A stretch of 13,374 nt of DNA from Oligoflexus sp. (GCA_041736305.1 JBGSTX010000143.1:1-13374); one strand, 5' to 3'; counted from the stretch's first letter, positions 1-7,586 are shown. The notes: a model not told the origin generated them from the letters alone. Numbers and translations: made by a program.

Positions 1-5
1 TGCAT
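1..5 (-). CDS. Probable 5' end of a gene running off the left edge (product unknown)
   Basis: Minus strand reads AAAAAGGGGGGATTTAG-ATG-CA: a G-rich Shine-Dalgarno (12-17) 6 nt before ATG (5..3), with a sigma28-like promoter upstream. Only one full codon is visible. Confidence 0.4.
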
Positions 6-37
6 CTAAATCCCCCCTTTTTCGCCATACGAGATAT

Positions 38-64
38 AATTCGGTCGGCCAAAGCTAGACTGTA
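38..64 (-). promoter_or_regulatory. Possible sigma28 (FliA)-type promoter for the truncated leftward gene
   Basis: Minus strand TACAG-N14-ACCGAATT versus consensus TAAAG-N14-GCCGATAA. Spacing is correct but both boxes are imperfect. Confidence 0.3.
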
Positions 65-236
65 GTAGGCCTGCTAAGATCCTGTATATTTTGACTTATG
101 TGGCCTTCATTTCGAGCCATGACAAGATAGATCAGATGAATTATTGTCCATTCGCGTCTCGACTCAATCCAGAGCTTGAGGCTTGGCAGTAAGAGGTCTT
201 TGTCGTTATATGGTCGTTTACTGAGGAGGAATGGAG

Positions 237-665
237 ATGGCGGGCGCAACGCGGGAAGAGATTTTTGATATAGCAGCCGAACGCTTCTACGAAGCCCTGA
301 TCGACTATAAACAGTATGCAAAAATACTAAGCGAGGTTGATTCTATCGAAGTTCTCGAGGCTAGCGAAAAGACGGCCCGGGTCCAATACAAGATCAGCAT
401 CATCAAAACTTTCAGCTATATCCTGAAGATGAAGCAGACGCGTCCCGAGGGAATTTCATGGGAATTAGAATCGGGTGACCTCTTCAAAACCAACAGCGGA
501 TCTTGGACAATTAAAGCGCTTGGACCGGAGCGTTGCCAGGTCACCTACCAGCTCGATGTCGCTTTCAAAGTTTTTGCTCCTTCAGCCATTACCAATAAGC
601 TGGTAGCCGTGAACTTGCCACGCATGATGCAAGCTTTTTACGAGCATGCCAAGTCGAAGAGATAG
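237..665 (+). CDS. SRPBCC/START-fold protein (polyketide cyclase / Coq10 / RatA-PasT-like)
   Basis: 142 aa with the family pattern: FYEALIDYKQYAKILSEV near the N-terminus, SGDLFKTNSGSWTI, CQVTYQLDVAF and a C-terminal helix (LPRMMQAF). GAGGAGG (223-229) lies 7 nt before ATG 237 but only 1 nt before ATG 231, so 237 is preferred. Confidence 0.85.
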   Translation: MAGATREEIFDIAAERFYEALIDYKQYAKILSEVDSIEVLEASEKTARVQYKISIIKTFSYILKMKQTRPEGISWELESGDLFKTNSGSWTIKALGPERCQVTYQLDVAFKVFAPSAITNKLVAVNLPRMMQAFYEHAKSKR

Positions 666-675
666 GCCTCCCCAA

Positions 676-2523
676 TCAGAGACCTTCTCGATAGTTATAG
701 ACGATGCGCAGGGCGTGTTTGACAAAGTTCTGCACGCCCGCCCCATTCGTGTCTGCTGAAAGATCTGCAAATTTCGAGGGCTCATAGTCAGGATTCAAAA
801 CCTGCCCCCGAACAATTTCCTCTATGAGTCTATGAAACTGCTTGGAACTGAGTTTTAAGCGCTGCTTCAGGAGCTGCTCAGCCAGGACACAGACGGCATC
901 TCCGGTCACTCTATCTTCGCGATTGATGAGGGCTGAACGGCGAAAGATTTCGCCCGTAAAGGCTTCTAGACTCAACTTGAGCCCTTTAGCTGTCCTCTGC
1001 AAGAGTTCGGCGTAGAGACTCTCGAGCTTCTCTATTTCACGCAGGTAGCGCACCTGATCCAAAATCGGATTCTTCTGCACGGCTCGCGCCGCAATCTGCT
1101 GGAGAAGGGTCTGATATGCTTTAGGGCTTCTCTCTAATCGACGCTGCTGCCGCTCAGGTAGAATGCGGAGCAGGCGCCGCATCGAAAATAGAACCTGTGA
1201 ATTCTCGCCATCTGGAACCTTGAAGAGTTCACCCGGGACCTTCGCCTCTTCGAGGACAGAAAACGAGTCTTGGAAATCTTGAAGCAAACGCTTCTGTCGG
1301 CTCGCTACATAGCTGGCCTGCTCGCGGGTAAAACCGACGCGACGAAGGAAGCAGAGCTGCTTCTCTTTTTTGTAGATGCGGTCGAAGGCCGAGAGTTCGT
1401 TGGCCTGGGCGAACTCTTCCAGCGGTCTCTTCTCGCCTTCGATAATAAAGGCTACCAGCTGAGCGAAAGTCTGCACGAGATAGCGGGCTTTAGCCTTCTG
1501 CTGCTTAAGATTAGTCGACCAGCGATCTTGGTCGTCAAAGCGATACTCGTGGAAATAGAGACCAAACTGCCGAATAGAGCCGTAATCGATGATACCTGCA
1601 TCGGCGAGAATATTATCGCCGTCCCACTCCATCCAGCAGAATATATATTCAGCTTCGAAACGGGCGGCCGCCTCGGCAAAATTTTGGACCATGCTTTTTA
1701 AAAAGTAGCGGTAGCGATTGGTCCCGGCGGGAATCTTCCAGCTAGCATTCGCGAGCTGTCGATGGATATAGTAATCCACTAAACTTTTGAGTCGATCGAG
1801 ACGCCCCTGTTTGAGGTGCAAGAAGAAATGGGAGGGTCTCAGCAAGTTTTCCGCCGCCCTCACTGTCACCGCAAAACCTTTAGGAAATTCAATCACACAG
1901 AGGACGCGTTCGGTCTTGTGCGCATTGCGGTGCAAAATTTCACTGAAAACGACGTCAACGATTCCCTCATGCAACTTGCAGTAGCCGCAGCCGTAGGAGA
2001 TGCTAGGGTCGCCGGAGCGAAAGAATGTTTTTTTCTGTGAGCTAGCGGGCGACAGACAGGTGGCCCCTGTCCCACAGCTGCTAATATCCCAGGTCTGACC
2101 TTGGCTACTCGTCCAAGAACCATTCCATATGCTGCGGCCATCGCCTGAGCTCAATCCCCTTCGATCCGAATGCTGCAGCTGCAGGTAGCGGGTTGCCATA
2201 TACGGGTGTTCTTTGAGTTCAGCTGGCTTAAACTTTTTAGCGTTCATTATGTCATATTCGTTAACGATGATGAGACCAAAAGTTTCGAGGAGCATAGTCT
2301 CTAGGGCTGGATTTAAATCGTGGGCGTGATCAGCAGCGATGAGGCCCATCTCTTTGGCCAAGCCGAAATTAAAAAAGCTAACCTTCCCTCCCTTGCGTAC
2401 TCTCGCATGGTAATTCACATAGGAAAAAGGCACCTCTTCCTGCAAAGGGTGCCTCCCATCAATGCTGGAAAAGTGAGAGTAGTCGCGCCATTGGACCAAA
2501 GGGCCCTGTTTGATCTTTGTCAA
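676..2523 (-). CDS. Divergent SelO/YdiU-family pseudokinase (protein nucleotidylyltransferase-like)
   Basis: SelO motifs occur in order: GDGR; WDISSCGTGATCLS (cf. WDxxLKGAGxTPYS); FSEILH..TERVL (cf. ASEAMH..TTRAL); RAAENLLRPSHF (cf. RxAxSHxRFGHF); DGDNIL..IIDYG (cf. NTDNM..TIDYG). GAGGAG (2530-2535) abuts TTG 2529 and is 6 nt from the in-frame TTG at 2523, which is the likelier start. Confidence 0.8.
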   Translation of the reverse strand: MTKIKQGPLVQWRDYSHFSSIDGRHPLQEEVPFSYVNYHARVRKGGKVSFFNFGLAKEMGLIAADHAHDLNPALETMLLETFGLIIVNEYDIMNAKKFKPAELKEHPYMATRYLQLQHSDRRGLSSGDGRSIWNGSWTSSQGQTWDISSCGTGATCLSPASSQKKTFFRSGDPSISYGCGYCKLHEGIVDVVFSEILHRNAHKTERVLCVIEFPKGFAVTVRAAENLLRPSHFFLHLKQGRLDRLKSLVDYYIHRQLANASWKIPAGTNRYRYFLKSMVQNFAEAAARFEAEYIFCWMEWDGDNILADAGIIDYGSIRQFGLYFHEYRFDDQDRWSTNLKQQKAKARYLVQTFAQLVAFIIEGEKRPLEEFAQANELSAFDRIYKKEKQLCFLRRVGFTREQASYVASRQKRLLQDFQDSFSVLEEAKVPGELFKVPDGENSQVLFSMRRLLRILPERQQRRLERSPKAYQTLLQQIAARAVQKNPILDQVRYLREIEKLESLYAELLQRTAKGLKLSLEAFTGEIFRRSALINREDRVTGDAVCVLAEQLLKQRLKLSSKQFHRLIEEIVRGQVLNPDYEPSKFADLSADTNGAGVQNFVKHALRIVYNYREGL

Positions 2524-2558
2524 AACCAACTCCTCGGTGCCGGAGAGATGTCGATCAG

Positions 2559-2585
2559 TATTCGGCCTTTCCTAAGAAAACTTGA
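2559..2585 (-). promoter_or_regulatory. sigma28 (FliA)-type promoter upstream of the SelO-like gene
   Basis: Minus strand TCAAGTTT-N11-GCCGAATA versus consensus TAAAGTTT-N11-GCCGATAA (7/8 and 6/8, exact spacing), about 35 nt before the start codon. Confidence 0.6.
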
Positions 2586-2629
2586 GCTTAAGGACGAGCC
2601 TTTATGAATTCGGAAAAACTTTTTGCGTC

Positions 2630-2647
2630 TTACACAAGATATTGTAA
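2630..2647. promoter_or_regulatory. Inverted repeat TTACA-N8-TGTAA in the AT-rich divergent promoter region (possible operator)
   Basis: TTACA CAAGATAT TGTAA lies between the divergent SelO-like and receiver genes. The arms are short and no factor can be assigned. Confidence 0.25.
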
Positions 2648-2758
2648 TTATTTATTTCTTTAGGTCTTCGTAAGTTTTGCTACAAGACTAAGGCACGATG
2701 AGCGAAGATAAGTAGGTTCAGAACGCAGCGTGGCAGGCGAGGAGCAGCGACAGGGCCT

Positions 2759-3136
2759 ATGCTTAAGAAAAAACTAAGAATTCTAATCGCCGAGGACAAC
2801 GATATCAACAGTCGCCTAGCCGATCGCATGTTAGCGCGCCTCGGCTATCAAGCTCGTATCGTCGTCAATGGACTCGAAGCTATCGACACTCTGCAGACTG
2901 AAGCCTACGACTTGGTTCTCATGGATTTACAGATGCCTGTGATGGATGGATTCGAAGCGACTCAGTGGATACAAGACCATCCAGACAAGTTGCAGCAGAT
3001 CCCTGCCGTGGTAGCTATGACGGCCAATACACGTTTCGAGGACCGACAGAAAGCGGCGCAGGTGGGTATGGTCGACTTCATTGCCAAACCCATCAGTCTC
3101 GATAGACTCAGAACTGTTTTAGAGCAGTGGGATTGA
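2759..3136 (+). CDS. Single-domain response regulator (receiver domain)
   Basis: 125 aa: ILIAEDN acidic pocket, phospho-acceptor in LVLMDLQMPVMDG, AMTA Thr and IAKP Lys. No output domain. Confidence 0.93.
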   Translation: MLKKKLRILIAEDNDINSRLADRMLARLGYQARIVVNGLEAIDTLQTEAYDLVLMDLQMPVMDGFEATQWIQDHPDKLQQIPAVVAMTANTRFEDRQKAAQVGMVDFIAKPISLDRLRTVLEQWD

Positions 3137-3142
3137 GAGTAG

Positions 3143-3183
3143 AAAAAGAGAACGCCGGAGAAAAACGTCCGGCGTTCTTTATT
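3143..3183. terminator. Bidirectional intrinsic terminator
   Basis: Perfect 11-bp stem AGAACGCCGGA (3149-3159) / TCCGGCGTTCT (3168-3178) with an 8-nt loop. It is followed by TTATT on + and by CTTTTT on -, starts 12 nt after the receiver stop, and lies between convergent units. Confidence 0.8.
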
Positions 3184-3226
3184 AGGGGGCACACTCGTTA
3201 AAACTAGTTTTCGCGAATGTAACCGG

Positions 3227-3392
3227 GCAGATATGTTCGGAGGAAAATCAGCACTCATGTGCTTCAGTGATCAGACAATAACTGAGCTTTTGTAGTTTTT
3301 CTACAAAAATTTCCTCGAACAACCCCTACACGAACGTTTTGTTGTAATTAAACTCCGACATCTCTGCAGCTATCCGATTCGATGTAGCTGCA
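3227..3392. ncRNA. Candidate structured non-coding RNA (four-way junction with alternative long-range pairings); family not recognised
   Basis: Hand-folded: closing stem 3234-3248/3309-3321 encloses hairpins 3250-3263, 3264-3285 and 3288-3308. A competing helix pairs 3227-3242 with 3353-3367, and a further hairpin pairs 3365-3372 with 3385-3392. No expression or conservation evidence. Confidence 0.35.
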
Positions 3393-3393
3393 C

Positions 3394-5151
3394 CTACGAA
3401 CGAAAGAGTTCGCCCATCTTCTTTCCAAGAATTAACGACGCACCCATAATACATAGTGCGAGTATCACCATTCCGATAATGCCCAGGGCGCTCGCCACCA
3501 GCTCACCGGTCCCCTGTTCAAGGAAGAGTACGTAGATGGCTTTGGTCAAGGGGTAGAAGCGTTCTTTCATCGCTAGGATCAAGCTGTCACTGACATCGAG
3601 CATAGCGTATGAAAAACAGAGCAGTGCTCCGGCGATAAGATTGGCCGTGACGAGTGGAACAGTGACCTTGCGTAGAGTGTGAAAGCGGGATGCGCCGAAA
3701 GTTGTCGAAGCTTCTTCAAGAGAAGGGCTCATCTGCTGCAAGCCCGCCGAAGCCGAACGAACCATATAAGGCAAACGCCGAATCGCATAAGCGATGACAA
3801 GTAGAGGCACCGGATTGTGCAAGGGATCCAGCCAGGTCCCTGTGTAGGTCACAACATAGCCAAAGGCTAGCACAATTCCCGGTAGAGCCAGAGGAACCAT
3901 GACCAAGCTGTCCAAGAGACCAGCAAAGGGAATAAGACGTCGCACGACGACGTAAGCCACAAGCAAGCCAAGCACGATGTCGAGCAAAGTCGAAAGACCA
4001 GCTAGGAAAAAGCTGTTCTTGATCCCATTGATTGCTAGTTCTGACTCGAAAACTTGCTTGAAATGTTCACCCGTATACTGTTGGGGTAGGACAGTCATAA
4101 ACCATTTATCGCTAAAAGCTGTGACGATGACCGCGAGATGCGGGATCAGAGCGGTCACAACAACACTCAGAATGAGACCGTAGATTGCGACGCTGCCCCA
4201 AAATCCAGCGCGCTTTTGACCCGAACTCACGTGTCCCTTCGCCATCATCTCATATTTCTTCCCACCGAGTGCCAGCTTGGATAGCAGAAAAAAGCTGACG
4301 GTCATGAGGATGACGAAAAAGACCAGGGTGTAGCCTATAGGATTTTCATTCACGTCGGTGATCATATTAAAAATCTGCACCGGCACCGTCTCATGGAAGC
4401 CGACCAGCAGCGGCGTCCCCAGGTCGGTAAAAGCCCAAATAAAGACGATGATCGCACCCGCGAAATACCCGGGTCTTGCCAGTGGCCAGACAATATCACG
4501 ATACTGCTTCCACTTCGGGACTCCGAGAGTCGTCGCCATTTCTTCGACGCTCGGGTCGACGTTAGCGAGAGCTGCGGATAGATTGAGATACATGATCGGA
4601 TAAAGGTGCAAAACGAGCAGTACCACCACGGCCCAGAACATGTTATCCGGACCCAGCCAATCGATGGGGCGGTCGATCCATTCGAGCTTCATGAGGCTGA
4701 GGTTGACCGATCCCCGACGCGCGAAAAATCGCAGGATACCGATTGCCCCAACAAAAGGTGGCATCACCATCGGAAGGAGGAGCAGGCCCGAGAGCAGGCC
4801 TTTGCCGCGAAAATCCCAGCGCACGTTGATGAGAGCGAGCGGAAAGCTGACGATAGTGGCTATAAAAGTCGTCACCAGGGCCAGGTAGAGGCTGTTGAGT
4901 ATGGCCTGCATGAGGAGTTCATTGCTGAAGAGCAAGGGAAAATACTGGGTCGTGAATTCCCCGTCTTTGATAAAAGCTCGGCTCATGATGACTGAGACCG
5001 GTAGCACCAAGAAGAAAAAGAGGACCGCGAGGGTAGCTATCAAAGTCCCATAGCCGATACCATCCGCGAGCCGGCGCTGCCAGCGGGAACTCTCTTCAGG
5101 TGCGGAAACTGTGCCTTGAGCCTTCGTATCTGCCAGATGCTTCTGTCCCAT
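3394..5151 (-). CDS. ABC transporter permease, fused two-domain FbpB/AfuB/ThiP type
   Basis: 585 aa with about 12 hydrophobic segments and two EAA-loop motifs (EEMATTLG, EEASTTFGASR). The start overlaps the ATPase stop (TGATG at 5151). Confidence 0.92.
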   Translation of the reverse strand: MGQKHLADTKAQGTVSAPEESSRWQRRLADGIGYGTLIATLAVLFFFLVLPVSVIMSRAFIKDGEFTTQYFPLLFSNELLMQAILNSLYLALVTTFIATIVSFPLALINVRWDFRGKGLLSGLLLLPMVMPPFVGAIGILRFFARRGSVNLSLMKLEWIDRPIDWLGPDNMFWAVVVLLVLHLYPIMYLNLSAALANVDPSVEEMATTLGVPKWKQYRDIVWPLARPGYFAGAIIVFIWAFTDLGTPLLVGFHETVPVQIFNMITDVNENPIGYTLVFFVILMTVSFFLLSKLALGGKKYEMMAKGHVSSGQKRAGFWGSVAIYGLILSVVVTALIPHLAVIVTAFSDKWFMTVLPQQYTGEHFKQVFESELAINGIKNSFFLAGLSTLLDIVLGLLVAYVVVRRLIPFAGLLDSLVMVPLALPGIVLAFGYVVTYTGTWLDPLHNPVPLLVIAYAIRRLPYMVRSASAGLQQMSPSLEEASTTFGASRFHTLRKVTVPLVTANLIAGALLCFSYAMLDVSDSLILAMKERFYPLTKAIYVLFLEQGTGELVASALGIIGMVILALCIMGASLILGKKMGELFRS

Positions 5152-6245
5152 CAGGTTCTCGGCCCCATCTCTTTCTGGGTTGGCAAGACCAGTACATCAT
5201 CCGCAGCGATGCTGCAGCCGATAGTGTCACCTTCGAGGAAATTGTGCTCTGGCGCATGGTAGAAATTGACCTTCAGTGTCAGGCCTGCATCAGTGTTGAG
5301 CTGAAACTGCTCCGACTCCCCGAGATAGGTCAGATGATCAATCTTGGCTTTGAAGTAATTCTCGCCGAGCCCACTCTTATCCCAGTCGATGCGCACAGCC
5401 TCTGGTCTGAGCGAGAGCGTTACGGCTGAGCCCTTAGCGAAGGTTTGATTGAAACGCTTCGAACGCAGGGTTCCCACCGGACTCTCAACCACGGCTTCGG
5501 CGTCATCGCAAGAGACGATCTTGCCGTCTAATAAATTGGTTTCACCGATAAAACCAGCGATAAAGGCCGACTTTGGAAAACTATAAAGAGCGCGTGGCTG
5601 ATCGGTTTGAACCAGATGTCCCGCATGCATGACAGATACCTGAGTTCCCATCGAAAGCGCTTCGCGCTGATCGTGGGTCACGTAAAGAGTCGTGATTCCG
5701 GTCTGCTTGTGAATCCGCAGAATATTGTCGCGCATCTCCATCCGTAGCTTAGCGTCGAGGTTGGATAGAGGTTCGTCGAGCAGGAGAACATTGGGTCTGA
5801 TCGCGAGAGCGCGCGCGAGGGCCACTCTTTGCTGCTGCCCACCAGAAAGCTGACCAGGCAGGCGGTCGGCATACTGCTTGAGATGCGTGATGCTCATCAC
5901 TTCGTCGATTCTCTTCTGAATCTCCCCAGCCGTAAGTTTCCGCAGCTTGAGTCCGTACTCGATATTCTTGAGCACGGTCATGTGGGGCCAGAGGGCATAA
6001 TTCTGAAACACCATCCCTATGCCTCGCTCGACTGCGGGCTGATGGGTGACGTCGACGCCGTTGAAGAAAAGCTGACCCTCGCTGGGCTTTTCTAGGCCCG
6101 CCAGCATGCGAAGGGTCGTGGTCTTCCCGCAGCCGGAAGGTCCGAGGAGAAAGTGCAGGGCTCCACGTTCGATGGTCAAATTGAGATCATGAACGGCGGT
6201 AGTTTGCCCGTAGCGCTTGTAAATACCTTTGAAAACGACTTCCAT
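5151..6245 (-). CDS. ABC transporter ATP-binding protein (FbpC/PotA-like, C-terminal TOBE-type domain)
   Basis: Walker A GPSGCGKT, Q-loop VFQNYAL, signature LSGGQQQR, Walker B LLLDEP, H-loop VTHD, and a C-terminal region with LSLRPE..YLG. Confidence 0.96.
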   Translation of the reverse strand: MEVVFKGIYKRYGQTTAVHDLNLTIERGALHFLLGPSGCGKTTTLRMLAGLEKPSEGQLFFNGVDVTHQPAVERGIGMVFQNYALWPHMTVLKNIEYGLKLRKLTAGEIQKRIDEVMSITHLKQYADRLPGQLSGGQQQRVALARALAIRPNVLLLDEPLSNLDAKLRMEMRDNILRIHKQTGITTLYVTHDQREALSMGTQVSVMHAGHLVQTDQPRALYSFPKSAFIAGFIGETNLLDGKIVSCDDAEAVVESPVGTLRSKRFNQTFAKGSAVTLSLRPEAVRIDWDKSGLGENYFKAKIDHLTYLGESEQFQLNTDAGLTLKVNFYHAPEHNFLEGDTIGCSIAADDVLVLPTQKEMGPRT

Positions 6246-6281
6246 AGAACTGTCTCTCGCTCTCGCCTGCTGAAGGGTTTC

Positions 6282-7586
6282 TTAAAGAGTGTTCCGATAC
6301 TTCTGCCTGGAATGCTTCAACCAACTATTGATAGTAGTGTTGCGAAGAACTTCATCGTCCCACTTATCGACGAGGACATTGAATTCAGCCTCGGTGACAG
6401 GAGGACGACCGATCCGGCTAAGCTTCGCGGGATCGACCTTGCCGTCTTTCGCAATGCGAGCCCAGGCTCGTTTGAGATCACTGTGAGGATCGACCAGAGT
6501 CGATCCCACCAGATCATTGAAGACCTGCTGCATGCGCACGGCTTTATCGAGATTGATGGTGACAAATCCCTTCTGCATGAAGGGGTTGAAGGTATCGATG
6601 CGCTTGCCTTCAGTCTCGCTATAGGCACGAGTGTTGACTGCCATGCGCCCGAGGGAAGCCTTGACGGGACCACCTGGGCTCCCTTTAGGGAGCACGAGTA
6701 GTTTCTGCCCGTCGACGCTCAGCACGAAATCAACAAAGCGCTCTGCTACCTTTCGATTGGGTGCTCCGCGTAGAATCGAAATAGGATCGGGATCGAGCAC
6801 CGTCTGACCTTCTGGCAGCACGAAACCGAGATTTTCCCGCCCTAGGTCACCTATTTTCGCCAAGGCATAAAAATCGATCGTCGTCGCCATGGCCGCATCG
6901 CCGGAAACCACAGCCTTGATCGGATCCGAGCTCGAATGCGTGAAAGAACGCGCGTTGCCGGCCAAAGCTGTTAAGAGCTCCCAGCCTTTATCCCAGCCGA
7001 AGAGTTGAAGGATAACGCTGTTCATCGTATTGGCGCCACCTGAGCGCCGCGGATCGGCCAGGCTTATATTATCCCTGTAGGCGGGTGATCCGAGGTCCTG
7101 CCAGGTCTTGGGCTCTGGCAAGCGTTCGAATTCCATTATCTTTTTGTTGTAGAAGACGCCAAATGAAGAGAGGGCGCTGCCGTACCAACTGTGGGAAGAA
7201 TCGTAGAGCGGAATGCCTGCGACCTTATCTGGGACCTCTGCCTTCAGGCTGGGAGGCAGATTGTATGAGGCGAGAAAACCTTCGTTCTGCAACTCGAGAA
7301 AGGTGGCTGTGCCGCCGCCCCAGAAGATATCGATGCCCGAGCTCTTCGCGCCTTTGGCGAATTTGGCTCTCAGGAATCGAACATCGTCCGAAGTCCCACC
7401 TTGATCGATCCACTCGACCACTACTTCGGTCTTGAACGTCTTTTTATAATAACTCGTGAACGCCGGCAGATACTCGTCCTGAATCGACTTGCGATGCGGC
7501 GAGATTATAAGCAAAGTATCCTTCGCCCAGAGTTCGGACGACATAAAACTAAGAAGCAGCGTTGATGCCAGGAGCCAGTTTTTCAA
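6282..7586 (-). CDS. ABC transporter periplasmic substrate-binding protein (AfuA/FbpA-like cluster)
   Basis: Motifs DIFWGGG, YN..PKTWQDL, LADPRRSG, PISILRGAPNRKVAERFVDFVLSVDGQ. AGGAAGGA lies 7 nt before the in-frame TTG at 7586, giving a clean signal peptide MKNWLLASTLLLSFMSSELWA (434 aa). The ORF-track start at 7685 looks over-extended. Confidence 0.88.
   Translation of the reverse strand: MKNWLLASTLLLSFMSSELWAKDTLLIISPHRKSIQDEYLPAFTSYYKKTFKTEVVVEWIDQGGTSDDVRFLRAKFAKGAKSSGIDIFWGGGTATFLELQNEGFLASYNLPPSLKAEVPDKVAGIPLYDSSHSWYGSALSSFGVFYNKKIMEFERLPEPKTWQDLGSPAYRDNISLADPRRSGGANTMNSVILQLFGWDKGWELLTALAGNARSFTHSSSDPIKAVVSGDAAMATTIDFYALAKIGDLGRENLGFVLPEGQTVLDPDPISILRGAPNRKVAERFVDFVLSVDGQKLLVLPKGSPGGPVKASLGRMAVNTRAYSETEGKRIDTFNPFMQKGFVTINLDKAVRMQQVFNDLVGSTLVDPHSDLKRAWARIAKDGKVDPAKLSRIGRPPVTEAEFNVLVDKWDDEVLRNTTINSWLKHSRQKYRNTL

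Noticed and set aside
55..321. 88-aa minus ORF, and likewise the other short overlapping ORFs (e.g. 2320-2607, 6153-6701, 8104-8595, 9878-10156)
   Set aside because: They overlap well-supported genes on the opposite strand or in another frame and show no motifs.
2682..2708. Possible sigma28 promoter for the receiver gene (ACAAG-N14-AGCGAAGA)
   Set aside because: The -10 match is too weak to support a call.
2962..3258. 98-aa minus-strand ORF across the structured region
   Set aside because: It runs through the terminator and antisense into the receiver gene, with no SD and no protein-like features.
2642..3350. TTGTAATTA present in both intergenic regions (2642-2650 and 3342-3350)
   Set aside because: A 9-nt AT-rich match is compatible with chance, and there is no larger repeat or target-site-duplication context.
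3227..3367. 6S RNA or tRNA identity for the structured region
   Set aside because: AUGUUCG/CGACAUC is faintly 6S-like, but the span is about 140 nt with no long rod and central bubble. The cloverleaf lacks T-loop, D-loop and 7-nt anticodon-loop features. Left as an unassigned candidate.
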